This document shows, piece by piece, positions 38,209 through 48,908 of a stretch of DNA of 64,000 bases. This stretch comes from an uncultured Prevotella sp. (lineage in GTDB: Bacteria > Bacteroidota > Bacteroidia > Bacteroidales > Bacteroidaceae). Each line of letters begins with the position of its first letter. Position 1 is the first letter of the stretch. The DNA lies in assembly GCA_900770025.1 (NCBI GenBank), contig CAAGIW010000051.1:9284-73283 (forward strand). Direction: 5' to 3'. The notes under the pieces were generated by a model. It was not told where the DNA came from and did not search any database. It saw only the letters and a list, made by a program, of their open reading frames with translations. Both the position numbers and the translations under genes were made by a program.

Positions 38209-40158
38209 TCAGTCTTTGCAGCTTTCGGAAAATTCACACATTGCTTTGCGTAGCGCAGCGGGATTGCCCATGTCGAACATGCGGCCCTGCATGGTGACAG
38301 CCACCATGCCGCTGCGCTGCCGCACGGCATCCAAGGCCTTGGTAAGTTCTATCTCGGTGTGGCGGTCATCCTTGGCATCTGCCTGCTTTATGTCTTCCGC
38401 AAGCTGTTCAAACACTTCACGGGTGAGCACGTATTGCCCGAACACGCCGTAATAAGCCGTGTTTCCATCGGCATCCTTCATGCCCAAATGCTCCTCGGCA
38501 TACCCCGATTTGGGCTTCTCCACCATGCTGTTGACGTTCATCACCGTCTTGTCGTGGTCTTCCCAAGTGCCCGTAAGTATGCCGTATTTGCCCACTTCCA
38601 CCAACGGAACAGGATGCACGCTCACCATCAACTGATTGTAGCGCTCATATTTTTCTATCATCTGCAAGGCGCAGGGTTTGTGTGTCTTTGAGCGATAGAT
38701 GGTGTCGCCCAGCAACAGCAGCACCGGCTCTTGCCCCGCAAAGTCAGCCGCCTGATAGACCGCGTGGCCGAAACCGCGCTTTTCTGTCTGATAGACAAAC
38801 TGCAGACGCTTGCCCATCTCCAATATTCTGTTTTCATATTCCTGACACTGGGCATTGAGTTTCCCGAGATGTTCGTCAGACAAGGGATTGGAGAAATACT
38901 CCTCGTACATGGCCTTTTCTTCCTCCGAGCCGAGCACGAGGCAAATCTCCTCGATGCCACTCTTTACCAGTTCCTCCAACAGAATCAGGATAACAGGCTT
39001 CACCATGCCATCGGCACACAGGATGGGGAAGAAATCTTTCTTCAGCATACGTGTGGCAGGATAAAGACGAGTGCCGAAGCCTGCCACAGGGATGATAGCC
39101 TTGCGGATGGTGTGCACAGGTTTCAGCGTCAGGGAATACGCCTTCATGCCCTGCCGGTTCAGATAATTGCACAAGGCTTGCTGGCAGTGCTCGTCCTTGG
39201 CAAGGAACTGTACGGAGCCATCACCATGCGACCCCACGCCCTTACCTCCATACACCCACGGCTTTATCTCAGGATTGTTGAGCACAGAATGCAGTTTGGG
39301 CGCACACAGGGCCGAAGACATCGGAGCCACATGCTCGTCGAAGAGTTGCTCCACCTCGGTCATCAACTTGCCCAATCCCTCCAAGTCGCCGTTGGCCATC
39401 ATCGCCACTGCCTTGTTCACCACCTCGTGGTTGCGCACTCCCAGTGCATCGTGCAGTCTCTTTTCCGCTTCATTGCCGGCAAAGGGATAGGCCTTATTCA
39501 AGTCAGCAAGAATCTTGATAGTGTCCTTAGACGCACACAGGTCAGCGAATACCAAGTGAAGGGTTTTCTTGACATTCAGCGTCTTCACCTCCACCTCATC
39601 ACCGTCGAACACCATCAGAGTGGGTTTCACGCCGAAAGCACAGGCCTGATCAAGTCTGCCGCATCGCGAGGATGTGCGCAATTCTCCAAGATAGGCAATG
39701 TTCATCTCGCCCAGTGTGTTGAGGTTAAGACGGTAGAGCAGGTTGAAGGCACGCGCCACTAACACGCAGATGGCCGCACTGCTCGACAGTCCTGTCTTGA
39801 TAGGAAGGGTCATGCCGGTAATCCTGATGCGCACGCCTCCCACCTTGTACCACTCCAACATATAGGAAGCCACACCAGCACAATAGCAGAAGAACGAACC
39901 AGAACGTGCCACTTTCTTCAGTTCCTGCTCATCCATGCGACAGGAGAAGTCCTCCCACACGTCTGCAATCTCGGGGATTTCGCTGCACATTTCAAAACGG
40001 GTGGATTTCTCTACCTCTGCATAGATGCCCTGCTCTATACCCGACACGATGGCCATACCCGGCAGTATATCCGCATTCATGGTGCGGTAATGACCCGCCC
40101 AGTCGGTATGTTCACCGAAAAGACACAATCGACCGGGGACAAACAACTCGACTTTCAT
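38209..40158 (-). CDS. Bifunctional GHMP sugar kinase / GalU-like nucleotidyltransferase
   Basis: PGRLCLFGEHTD, PIKTGLSSSAA, GRLDQ and GSHGDG, followed by KAIIPVAGFGTRLYPAT, GFGHAV, LLGD and VEKP. Confidence 0.85.
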   Translation of the reverse strand: MKVELFVPGRLCLFGEHTDWAGHYRTMNADILPGMAIVSGIEQGIYAEVEKSTRFEMCSEIPEIADVWEDFSCRMDEQELKKVARSGSFFCYCAGVASYMLEWYKVGGVRIRITGMTLPIKTGLSSSAAICVLVARAFNLLYRLNLNTLGEMNIAYLGELRTSSRCGRLDQACAFGVKPTLMVFDGDEVEVKTLNVKKTLHLVFADLCASKDTIKILADLNKAYPFAGNEAEKRLHDALGVRNHEVVNKAVAMMANGDLEGLGKLMTEVEQLFDEHVAPMSSALCAPKLHSVLNNPEIKPWVYGGKGVGSHGDGSVQFLAKDEHCQQALCNYLNRQGMKAYSLTLKPVHTIRKAIIPVAGFGTRLYPATRMLKKDFFPILCADGMVKPVILILLEELVKSGIEEICLVLGSEEEKAMYEEYFSNPLSDEHLGKLNAQCQEYENRILEMGKRLQFVYQTEKRGFGHAVYQAADFAGQEPVLLLLGDTIYRSKTHKPCALQMIEKYERYNQLMVSVHPVPLVEVGKYGILTGTWEDHDKTVMNVNSMVEKPKSGYAEEHLGMKDADGNTAYYGVFGQYVLTREVFEQLAEDIKQADAKDDRHTEIELTKALDAVRQRSGMVAVTMQGRMFDMGNPAALRKAMCEFSESCKD

Positions 40159-40553
40159 ATATATGTATTGGATAGGTTAACTGTTGCACAAAGGTAATGG
40201 AAAGAAAAGAAACAGCAAAAACATTCCACGTTTTTTTGGCGCTTTAGGAACGCAGTACCAAAAACTTTCACACATTCTTCAACACATTCCGTAGTGACCA
40301 GCGCATGATACGTTCCGTAGAAATGACAGCAAAGAGGTGCCAGAAAGTGCCGAACTGAAAATTTGGGAGGATAAAATTTGGCAAAAAAGAATATTTTATA
40401 TACTTTTGCAGTGCATTCATCCGCTGCGGGAGGTGGCACAATACACGTGAAAACACTCGTATGTGGGGGAATGGAAAGCAAGACTAACCATACAAACATT
40501 CATCAAACACAGACGCCTATCGAAAAAATTTACTCTTATAGAAAACAAGAAAT

Positions 40554-41153
40554 ATGGTAAATTTTGAAAGAATGACCGACGAAGAGTTGGCAATGCTCTA
40601 CATAGGCGGTGATAACAGTGCGTTTGACGAACTACTCGGCAGAACACAGGAGAAGGTGTTCTCTTACATCATGTTTGTGGTGAAAGACCCCGAGGTGGCC
40701 AACGACCTGTTTCAAGACACATTTGTCAAAGTCATCGTAAGGCTGCAACAAGGCAGATATGTGAATTCGGGGAAACTGCTTTTCTGGATAATACGCATCG
40801 CCCATAACAACGTGATGGACTGGTATCGCAAGCAAAAGAACGACCGAATCATCGAACTCTATGATGCCAAGGAGTTGTCGAACCTTGCCCCGATGACTCA
40901 CTACGGAATCAACAGGGAAGATGAATACGTGAACGAACAGGTGCACCGCGATGTGAAGAAGCTGATGCAACTGCTACCACCCACCCAAAGGGAAGTGGTG
41001 TATATGCGTTTCTACCAGAATCTTTCGTTCAAGGAGATTTCAGAAATCACAGGCGTGAGCATCAACACCTCGCTGGGACGTATGCGCTATGCCCTGCTCA
41101 ACATGCGCAAGATGGCCAGCGACCACCACATTGAACTGAGGCTGGAACAGTAG
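40554..41153 (+). CDS. ECF-type RNA polymerase sigma factor
   Basis: DLFQDTFVK, WIIRIAHN and LP..QREV..SFKEISE..SINT..GRMRYA. Confidence 0.92.
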   Translation: MVNFERMTDEELAMLYIGGDNSAFDELLGRTQEKVFSYIMFVVKDPEVANDLFQDTFVKVIVRLQQGRYVNSGKLLFWIIRIAHNNVMDWYRKQKNDRIIELYDAKELSNLAPMTHYGINREDEYVNEQVHRDVKKLMQLLPPTQREVVYMRFYQNLSFKEISEITGVSINTSLGRMRYALLNMRKMASDHHIELRLEQ

Positions 41154-41161
41154 GAACCACC

Positions 41162-41812
41162 CTACCCGAGCATCCTCAACTCGTGGATGGTCTGTTCAGG
41201 CTGACTGCTCTTGAACACATAACTGCCACTCACCAGCACATCCACTCCGGCACTTACCAAACGGGGAGCCGTGGTTTGCTGCACACCTCCATCCACCTGG
41301 ATGAGCGTATGCAGTCCGCGGGCAGCTATCATGGCCTTGAGCCGTTGCACCTTGTCGATGGTACGCTCGATGAACTTCTGTCCGCCAAAACCGGGATTGA
41401 CGCTCATCAGCAACACCATATCCACATCTTGAAGAATATCGTTGAGCACTTCTATGGGAGTGGACGGGTTGAGTGTGACGCCGGCCTTCATCCCTGCATC
41501 GTGAATCTCCTGCAGGGTGCGGTGCAGATGCACGCAAGCTTCATAATGCACGTTCATCATCATGGCACCCAAAGCCGCTGTCTGCTTGATGTATTGCTCT
41601 GGATGCACTATCATAAAGTGAACATCAAGCGGTTTGACACACTTGCGGGCCACTGCCTCAAGCACGGGAAATCCGAATGAGATATTCGGTACGAAAACAC
41701 CATCCATCACATCCAGATGCAACCAGTCGGCCTCACTCCGGTTTATCATGTCCAACTCTTGCTCCAAGTGCAGGAAATCCGCTGCGAGCAATGAGGGTGA
41801 AATAATAGTCAT
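41162..41812 (-). CDS. rpe: Ribulose-phosphate 3-epimerase
   Basis: ISPSLLAADF, HLDVMDGVFVPN, MSVNPGFGGQ and VDGG; start 41812. Confidence 0.97.
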   Translation of the reverse strand: MTIISPSLLAADFLHLEQELDMINRSEADWLHLDVMDGVFVPNISFGFPVLEAVARKCVKPLDVHFMIVHPEQYIKQTAALGAMMMNVHYEACVHLHRTLQEIHDAGMKAGVTLNPSTPIEVLNDILQDVDMVLLMSVNPGFGGQKFIERTIDKVQRLKAMIAARGLHTLIQVDGGVQQTTAPRLVSAGVDVLVSGSYVFKSSQPEQTIHELRMLG

Positions 41813-41826
41813 ATTGCAATCGTCTT

Positions 41827-41955
41827 TTAGTTCATGCACAAGGGCACCACGGAGCCATCGGCCAGCCTTGCCACCCTGTAGGCACGTGCGAACTGTTTGA
41901 TAAACAGAATTGTCTTTTCTTTGGGACGATAGTTTTCAGAAGTAAAATAATCCAT
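41827..41955 (-). CDS. Small protein (42 aa) below the ORF-track cutoff
   Basis: MDYFTSENYRPKEKTILFIKQFARAYRVARLADGSVVPLCMN; co-directional with fmt and rpe, ending 14 bp before the rpe start. Confidence 0.55.
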   Translation of the reverse strand: MDYFTSENYRPKEKTILFIKQFARAYRVARLADGSVVPLCMN

Positions 41956-42102
41956 AGGCATTCATGTTTTGCATTCTGTTAGAGAAACGCTTGAATGGAC
42001 TTTTTATTTTACATTCCTCAAAATATTTTGGAAAGCTACTTGTCTGGTTCCCCATCAGCTACTGTCCAGCATGTTGCCCCATAGGTGTTGCGATGCCCAT
42101 TC

Positions 42103-43086
42103 TTATGAGCGGAGTACACACATTTCTTTGTCTTTCATTCCGTTGATGAAGTCGGTGGCAGACATGCGCTTCTTTCCTGCCAACTGCAGTTCCTGCAATT
42201 CCAACCAACTGTCTGCCGTGGCCACATACAGTTTCTTTTTCTGCACCATCAGACTGCCAGGCACTTCGTCCTGCACCGGCATCTCTGTTTGGCAGGTCCT
42301 ATATATCTTCAGGATGGTCTGCCTTCCATCTGGTTCAGTGAAATAGGTCCAGGCTCCGGGAATGGGGCTCAGGCCTCGAATAAAGTCATGCACTCTCTTC
42401 TGTGGCTGCGCCCAACAGATGATGGTATTCTCCTTGAACAGTTTCGGAGCAGTGCACTGCAGATCGTCGTCCTTGACCATGGTCTCCTGTTCAATTGCTT
42501 CAGGATAACCGTCACTGGCAACGACCTGTTCCACGGTTTTCAGACATATCTCCGCACCGAGTTTCATCAGTCTGTCATAGACAGCCTCCACATCATCCTC
42601 CAGCCCAATGGGCGTAGATTGCTGCATGATAATCCTGCCAGTGTCGATATCCTTGTCTAAAAAGAAGGTGGTGACACCCGTTTGTGTCTCTCCGTTGATA
42701 ATGGCCCAGTTGATAGGTGCCGCCCCACGATAGCGGGGAAGCAATGCCGCATGAACATTGAAGGTGCCATATTCAGGATAATCCCACACCACCTGCGGCA
42801 ACATTCTGAAAGCCACCACCACCTGCAGATTGGGATTCCATCGCCTCAGCGTATCCAAAAAGCCCTCTTCCTTCATCTTTTCAGGCTGTACCACCGGCAA
42901 ATGATGCTCCAAGGCATACTGTTTCACCGGCGAAGGACGCAACACGCTGCCATGACGCCCCACAGGTTTGTCGGGCTGGGTGACAACCCCCACCACATGA
43001 TAACCATTCTGCACCAGCGTGCGGAGCGAATCCACCGCAAACTCCGGCGTGCCCATAAACACAATTCTCAAATCTTCCTTCTTCAT
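42103..43086 (-). CDS. fmt: Methionyl-tRNA formyltransferase
   Basis: VFMGTPEFA, VTQPDKP and NVHAALLPRYRGAAPI. Confidence 0.97.
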   Translation of the reverse strand: MKKEDLRIVFMGTPEFAVDSLRTLVQNGYHVVGVVTQPDKPVGRHGSVLRPSPVKQYALEHHLPVVQPEKMKEEGFLDTLRRWNPNLQVVVAFRMLPQVVWDYPEYGTFNVHAALLPRYRGAAPINWAIINGETQTGVTTFFLDKDIDTGRIIMQQSTPIGLEDDVEAVYDRLMKLGAEICLKTVEQVVASDGYPEAIEQETMVKDDDLQCTAPKLFKENTIICWAQPQKRVHDFIRGLSPIPGAWTYFTEPDGRQTILKIYRTCQTEMPVQDEVPGSLMVQKKKLYVATADSWLELQELQLAGKKRMSATDFINGMKDKEMCVLRS

Positions 43087-43093
43087 GTTTCAA

Positions 43094-44908
43094 TCAGTCT
43101 TGACTTAAATCCGCCACCATCTTTCTATACATTCCGTACATTCTCTGCCGTGATATATACCCTTTCAGATGCTTGTCGGCATCCATCACCGGCAGCCAGT
43201 CGGCATGTGTCCGGTCAAAGGCGCTCATCACTTCCGCCATCGGCGCATCATCGGCCAGCACCACAGCGGGCGGTGCCATCAGCTGCTGTGCCTTGAAGTG
43301 ATGATACAACTCTATCCTGAACATCACGTGCCGTATTTTCGTGATATTGATTTCTCCCAACAAACAGCCGCCGGCATCTAACACAGGCAGGATATCCGTC
43401 TTGCTTCGGCTCACTTTGTTGACTATCTCTCCGAGATACATATCGGGAGTCACTGCCAGAAACTGCTTGTCGATGACGCTGTCTAAGCTCATCAAGGTCA
43501 GCACCGCATGGTCGGTGTGGTGGGTAATCAGTTTGCCCTCCTTGGCCAAGCGCATACCATAGATACTGTGTTTCTCGAACAGATTGATGGTGAGATAGGC
43601 ACACACGCTCACAATCATCAAAGGCATGAACAGGTCATAGCCGCCAGTTATCTCTGCTATCAGGAAGATGCCCGTGAGCGGGGCATGCATCACACCCGAC
43701 ATCACTCCTGCCATACCGAGCAGTGCAAAGTTCTTTTCGGGCAGATAGACACCCAGATGATACATATTCCAAAGATGTGCGAACAGGAAACCGGAGAAAC
43801 AGCCTATGAACAGACTGGGAGCGAATGTTCCACCGCAGCCTCCTCCCCCATTGGTGGCAGAGGTGGCCACCACTTTGGTGAACATGACCAAGGCAAGATA
43901 GAGCACCAGCATGTTTCCCTGTCCGGCAAAGAGGGAATTGTTGAGTATATTGTTCCAGTCTTGCTGTGTCTGTCCGTTGAGCAGCAGGTTGATATCCTTA
44001 TAGCCCTCTCCATAAAGCGACGGGAAGAGGAAGATGAGCAGACTCAGCACCACACCGCCCATACACAACTTGACATACGGTTTGTCTTTGTATCGGGCAA
44101 ACACACCTTCACAAAGAGTCATTGTGCGGATGAAATAAAGACTGACCAGTCCGCACGCCACTCCTAACAGTATATTGGCCGGCACACGCTCCACCGTCCA
44201 TGCGCTGTCGAGATGAAAGGTGAAAAGAGCCGTGGAGCCCCTGAAAATATAAGTAAAACAGGTGGCCGTGACACACGAGATGAGGATAGGCAACAAGGAG
44301 GCCATGGTAAGGTCTATCATCAGCACCTCCAATGTGAACACCAATCCGGCGATAGGTGCCTTGAAGATACCGGCGATGGCGCCCGCCGACCCACAGCCCA
44401 CCAAAAGCATTAAGGTCTTGTTGTCCATCTTGAAGAGTTTACCCAAGTTGGAACCTATGGCAGAACCCGTAAGCACGATAGGAGCCTCAGCACCCACCGA
44501 ACCTCCAAAACCAATGGTGATGGCAGAGGCTATGACCGATGACCAGCAATTATGGCCTCTCAGGCGACTGCGCTTGCTGCTGATAGCATATAATATTCTG
44601 GTAATTCCATGACTGATATTGTCTTTCACCACATATCTCACAAACAAAGAGGTGAGATAGATTCCAATGACAGGATAAACCAGATAGAGCCAGTTGGCCG
44701 TACCGCTGTCAAACGAACTGGTGAGCAACAGCACAATCTGATTGATAAGACTGTGCAGGATAAAGGCAGCCATGGCGGCAAAAAGTCCTACCATGAACGC
44801 CAGTATCAGCACAAACATGCGCTGGCTGATATGCTCCTCCCGCCATTTCAGCACCCTATTCAACAGACGGTGCTCCTGTTCCTTGTCAAGATATTCTTCT
44901 GCTGTCAC
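43094..44908 (-). CDS. ClC chloride channel/transporter with CBS domains
   Basis: GGSVGAEAP, GIFKAP and GGTFAP motifs; C-terminal CBS pair. Confidence 0.92.
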   Translation of the reverse strand: MTAEEYLDKEQEHRLLNRVLKWREEHISQRMFVLILAFMVGLFAAMAAFILHSLINQIVLLLTSSFDSGTANWLYLVYPVIGIYLTSLFVRYVVKDNISHGITRILYAISSKRSRLRGHNCWSSVIASAITIGFGGSVGAEAPIVLTGSAIGSNLGKLFKMDNKTLMLLVGCGSAGAIAGIFKAPIAGLVFTLEVLMIDLTMASLLPILISCVTATCFTYIFRGSTALFTFHLDSAWTVERVPANILLGVACGLVSLYFIRTMTLCEGVFARYKDKPYVKLCMGGVVLSLLIFLFPSLYGEGYKDINLLLNGQTQQDWNNILNNSLFAGQGNMLVLYLALVMFTKVVATSATNGGGGCGGTFAPSLFIGCFSGFLFAHLWNMYHLGVYLPEKNFALLGMAGVMSGVMHAPLTGIFLIAEITGGYDLFMPLMIVSVCAYLTINLFEKHSIYGMRLAKEGKLITHHTDHAVLTLMSLDSVIDKQFLAVTPDMYLGEIVNKVSRSKTDILPVLDAGGCLLGEINITKIRHVMFRIELYHHFKAQQLMAPPAVVLADDAPMAEVMSAFDRTHADWLPVMDADKHLKGYISRQRMYGMYRKMVADLSQD

Positions 44909-45474
44909 TTTCTGATGATTTTCACTTCGCCATTCATTCCAAGTCTCACAATGCTCGAAGGCTTATGGGGTTTGTGCTCCTGACGTCGGGCAAAGCACAC
45001 ATAATCCACGGCTTCAATGATTTCCGGAGCAATATCTCCATAGTTCTGAGCTGTGGGTTCCCCCGATATATTGGCAGAGGTGGATACGATAGGCTTCTGG
45101 AAGCGGTAGCACAATTCCTTGGAAAAGGGTTCCCGGGTGATGCGCATTCCTATGCTTCCGTCTTCGGCTACAAGATTCTCAGCCAGATTGACGGCACCAT
45201 CTAAAATAACCGTCAGTGGTGAGTCGGCACATTCGAGCAGTTCCCATGCCACCGCAGGCACCTGTCTGACATAGCGTTGCAAACGGGCATCGCTATCAAC
45301 CAGGCATATAAGGGCCTTGCTGTCATCACGCTTCTTTATCCTGTACACCTTCTCTACGGCCTCGGCATTGGTGGCATCGCAACCTATTCCCCATACAGTA
45401 TCGGTGGGATAGAGTATCACGCCTCCCTGCCGCATCACTTCCACCGCCTTCTTGATGTCTTCTTCTGTCTTCAT
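44905..45474 (-). CDS. tsaC: L-threonylcarbamoyladenylate synthase (Sua5/YrdC)
   Basis: YPTDTVWGIGC and STSANISG. Confidence 0.92.
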   Translation of the reverse strand: MKTEEDIKKAVEVMRQGGVILYPTDTVWGIGCDATNAEAVEKVYRIKKRDDSKALICLVDSDARLQRYVRQVPAVAWELLECADSPLTVILDGAVNLAENLVAEDGSIGMRITREPFSKELCYRFQKPIVSTSANISGEPTAQNYGDIAPEIIEAVDYVCFARRQEHKPHKPSSIVRLGMNGEVKIIRK

Positions 45475-45490
45475 AATCGTTATCTATTTG

Positions 45491-45586
45491 AGGCACGGAT
45501 GATCCGAAATGTTCTTGGCAAAGAGTACACGGAGTTCACAGCATTGCACCCATTGCTTCCAGTGTTAATCCTTGTTTTCCGTGCCT
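45491..45586. repeat. REP-like palindromic element (AGGCACGGA...TCCGTGCCT)
   Basis: 9-bp terminal inverted repeat; right arm TAATCCTTGTTT(T/C)CCGTGCCT is shared with 48281..48349. Confidence 0.65.
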
Positions 45587-45596
45587 GAATATAAGC

Positions 45597-47165
45597 TTAG
45601 AACTCTGATGTGAAGTGGAACTTGATGTGTTTGAAGTCCTCTTGCGCCATACTCAGCACATAGCCGCTGTCGGCAAGGAACACATCCCTGCCCTCTTTGT
45701 CCTTGGCCATGTACTGGTACTTGCGCTTCTTAAAGTTCTCCAATTCCGCTTCATCATCACTTTCTATCCAACATGCTTTGTAGAGATGCACAGGTTCCCA
45801 ACGGCATTTGGCATTGTATTCGTTTTCAAGGCGATACTGTATCACCTCAAACTGCAACTGTCCCACCGTACCAATGATTTTTCTTCCATTGAACTGGTTG
45901 ACGAACAACTGTGCCACACCCTCGTCCATCAACTGATCTATACCCTTCTGCAGTTGCTTGGCTTTCATCGGGTCAGCATTCTCTATGTATTTGAACATCT
46001 CTGGCGAGAAACTGGGAAGTCCTCTGAAGTGCAGTTGTTCTCCTTCTGTCAGGGTGTCGCCTATCTTGAAGATGCCGTTGTCGGGCAATCCTACAATATC
46101 TCCCGGCCATGCCTCGTCGATGGTGCTCTTGCGCTGCGCCATAAACTGTGTGGGCGAGGTGAAGCGCAAAGATTTGCCTTGCCTCACATGGAGGTAAGGC
46201 TTGTTACGCTCAAACTTGCCGCTACACACCTTGCAGAAAGCAATACAGGAACGGTGGTTGGGGTCGATATTGGCAGTAATCTTGAAGATGAATCCCGTAA
46301 ATCCGGGTTCTTCAGGACTCACCATGCGCTCCTCTGCCTTGGTGGGCTGTGGCGAAGGGGCTATTTCCACGAAACAGTTGAGCAATTCCTGCACGCCAAA
46401 GTTATTCAATGCAGAACCAAAGAACACCGGAGCCACTTCCGCCTTGCGGTAGCTGTCGGTGTCAAAGGCAGGATAAACGCCATTGACCAATTCAAGATCA
46501 TCACGCAGTTTGGCTGCATCAACAGCCCCCACATGTTCTTCCAGTTGATCACTGTTCACATCCACCTCAATCTTTTCTGTCACACGCTGCTTGTCGGGAG
46601 TAAAGAGGTCGAGCTTGTTTTCATACAGGTTATACACACCTTTGAACTTGGCCCCCTGATTGATGGGCCAACTCAACGGGCGCACCTTTATCTCCAACTC
46701 CTGCTCCAACTCGTCTAACAAATCGAAGGGGTCACGACCCTCACGGTCCATCTTGTTTACAAAGATAATCACCGGTGTGTTTCGCATACGGCACACCGTC
46801 ATCAGCTTTCGCGTCTGGGTCTCCACACCTTTGGCTCCATCCACCACAATAATGGCAGAATCCACTGCGGTAAGGGTGCGAAACGTATCTTCCGCAAAGT
46901 CCTGATGGCCGGGGGTATCCAGGATATTGACTTTATAGTCGTGGTAGTCAAACTCCATCACAGAGGTGGAAACAGAGATACCACGCTGTTTCTCTATCTC
47001 CATCCAGTCGGATGTAGCGGTTTTCTTTATTTTGTTACTTTTCACCGCACCCGCCACCTGTATCTGCCCACCAAACAAGAGGAACTTCTCCGTCAGTGTA
47101 GTCTTACCAGCATCCGGATGGGATATAATGGCAAACGTTCTTCTTCTTTCTATTTCTTGATTCAT
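45597..47165 (-). CDS. prfC: Peptide chain release factor 3
   Basis: [28 protein letters not shown] and VGQLQFEV. Confidence 0.98.
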   Translation of the reverse strand: MNQEIERRRTFAIISHPDAGKTTLTEKFLLFGGQIQVAGAVKSNKIKKTATSDWMEIEKQRGISVSTSVMEFDYHDYKVNILDTPGHQDFAEDTFRTLTAVDSAIIVVDGAKGVETQTRKLMTVCRMRNTPVIIFVNKMDREGRDPFDLLDELEQELEIKVRPLSWPINQGAKFKGVYNLYENKLDLFTPDKQRVTEKIEVDVNSDQLEEHVGAVDAAKLRDDLELVNGVYPAFDTDSYRKAEVAPVFFGSALNNFGVQELLNCFVEIAPSPQPTKAEERMVSPEEPGFTGFIFKITANIDPNHRSCIAFCKVCSGKFERNKPYLHVRQGKSLRFTSPTQFMAQRKSTIDEAWPGDIVGLPDNGIFKIGDTLTEGEQLHFRGLPSFSPEMFKYIENADPMKAKQLQKGIDQLMDEGVAQLFVNQFNGRKIIGTVGQLQFEVIQYRLENEYNAKCRWEPVHLYKACWIESDDEAELENFKKRKYQYMAKDKEGRDVFLADSGYVLSMAQEDFKHIKFHFTSEF

Positions 47166-47402
47166 TGTGTTATATTTTTTTCACGGAAATCCACGGCTTT
47201 ATCATTCATAAAGACACGGCTTGGCTGCGCCTTGCACTCAGTATATTATGGACAACATATGCCACATGGATAATCTTACCCGTTCACTCTTTTTCTATCA
47301 TAGCATAGTAACCAAGCCGTGTTTTCACCTATGAATCCAAAAACACTAACCTGCCATAAAGGCCATGTCTTTACTATAAAGCTGAGGAATCCGTGCCTAA
47401 AT

Positions 47403-48263
47403 TCAATCTGTGGACAACAACATCTTGATGCACTTCTCTAACGACTCTTCCCAATAGGGTATCTCTATACCGTAGGTTTGCTTGATTTTTGTCTTGTCGA
47501 GTACACTGTATGCAGGACGGTTGGCAGGAGTGGGATACTCCGAAGTATGGAGCGGACGCACATGGCACGAGGTGATGCCGGCAATGCGGTGGATCGCTTT
47601 GGTAAAGTCATACCAGCTGATGACGCCCTCATTGCTGAAATGGTACACCCCGGGAACAATGCCTTTGTTGATGGCTGTCATGATGGCAGTGGCAAGGTCG
47701 GCAGCATACGTTGGCGTGCCTATTTGGTCGAAGATAACACCCAGTTCCGCTTTCTCCTTGCCTAAACGAAGCATTGTCTTCACAAAGTTATTGCCAAAAG
47801 TGCTGTAGAGCCATGCCGTGCGGATAATCATCGTGCGCTTACAGAACTTCGACACGCCCAACTCTCCTGCAAGTTTTGTACTGCCATACACACTGTCGGG
47901 CGAAGGTGTGTCTTCCTCACGATAAGGACTGTGAGACTTGCCGTTGAACACATAATCGGTGGATATCTGTATCATCCATCCCCCACGCTTCTCCACAGCA
48001 ACCGCCAAATAAGCCGGCGCCAAAGTGTTGAGTGACGTGCAGAGTTCTTTGTTGCTTTCCGCCTTATCCACAGCAGTATAGGCAGCACAGTTCACAATTC
48101 CGTCTATCTCGTTCGTCTGCACAAAGTCGGCCACGGCCTGCTGATCGGTGATGTCGAGTTCAGCAACATCAGTATTAAAATATGTGTGCTGGGGATTCAC
48201 TTGCTCTAACTTCTGCATCTCGTTACCCAACTGACCGTTACATCCTGTTATCAATATATTCAT
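47403..48263 (-). CDS. rfbD: dTDP-4-dehydrorhamnose reductase
   Basis: TGCNGQLG, AAYTAVDKAE, STDYVF and YGSTK. Confidence 0.96.
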   Translation of the reverse strand: MNILITGCNGQLGNEMQKLEQVNPQHTYFNTDVAELDITDQQAVADFVQTNEIDGIVNCAAYTAVDKAESNKELCTSLNTLAPAYLAVAVEKRGGWMIQISTDYVFNGKSHSPYREEDTPSPDSVYGSTKLAGELGVSKFCKRTMIIRTAWLYSTFGNNFVKTMLRLGKEKAELGVIFDQIGTPTYAADLATAIMTAINKGIVPGVYHFSNEGVISWYDFTKAIHRIAGITSCHVRPLHTSEYPTPANRPAYSVLDKTKIKQTYGIEIPYWEESLEKCIKMLLSTD

Positions 48264-48280
48264 AATCTTATTATGTTATG

Positions 48281-48349
48281 TTTTGGCACGGATTTCACGG
48301 GACTGCATCCAGCCTTTTCTTTGCTAATCCTTGTTTCCCGTGCCTAAAA
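48281..48349. repeat. REP-like palindromic element (GGCACGG...CCGTGCC)
   Basis: TTTTGGCACGGATTTCACGG...TAATCCTTGTTTCCCGTGCCTAAAA. Confidence 0.65.
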
Positions 48350-48355
48350 ATAATT

Positions 48356-48901
48356 CTATTCAAACTCTATCGGCTCTTCCCTATCCTTTTTATAATAGTC
48401 GCTAAGCATTCCTATCAGAGTGGTGATTTCCTTCACCGCATGTTCTGTGTTGGGAGTAACCGTTTTCTTCTGCAGGCGCAGCATCATCACGCCATAAAGC
48501 GCATCAAAGCAGGTCTCTACCTCGTTCTCTTCCTTCTTGGCTCCCTTGTTTCTCAACTCCACAATAAAAGGCAGCACCTTGTAGTAGGCCGCATTATAGA
48601 AAGGAAACTTGGTACTTTGCAGCAGTCGGGCATGAAGCTCCTCCAAGGTCATCATCGTCACCTTGTTGATTTGCAGATGGCCCGCCTCACGGCATCCCTC
48701 CTCGTTCATCATCCTGATGAGATTGCCATACCAGTCGGTCAGTTCCTCCTTCTGTTCCTCCGTATAGTCAAAGCGCTCCACGTAGTCTCTTTTTATCCTG
48801 GCAAGCGAACACCCGAAAGCACGTATTGTGTCCTCCACCTGCCACATGTACAGCAGGTATTCAGCGATGTTGTTTTTTCTTAACTGTTGTGAGATAAACA
48901 T
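48356..48901 (-). CDS. Conserved Bacteroidales protein (DUF4924-like)
   Basis: NIAEYLLYMWQVEDTIRA motif; lies in the co-directional run. Confidence 0.7.
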   Translation of the reverse strand: MFISQQLRKNNIAEYLLYMWQVEDTIRAFGCSLARIKRDYVERFDYTEEQKEELTDWYGNLIRMMNEEGCREAGHLQINKVTMMTLEELHARLLQSTKFPFYNAAYYKVLPFIVELRNKGAKKEENEVETCFDALYGVMMLRLQKKTVTPNTEHAVKEITTLIGMLSDYYKKDREEPIEFE

Positions 48902-48908
48902 AATTCAA

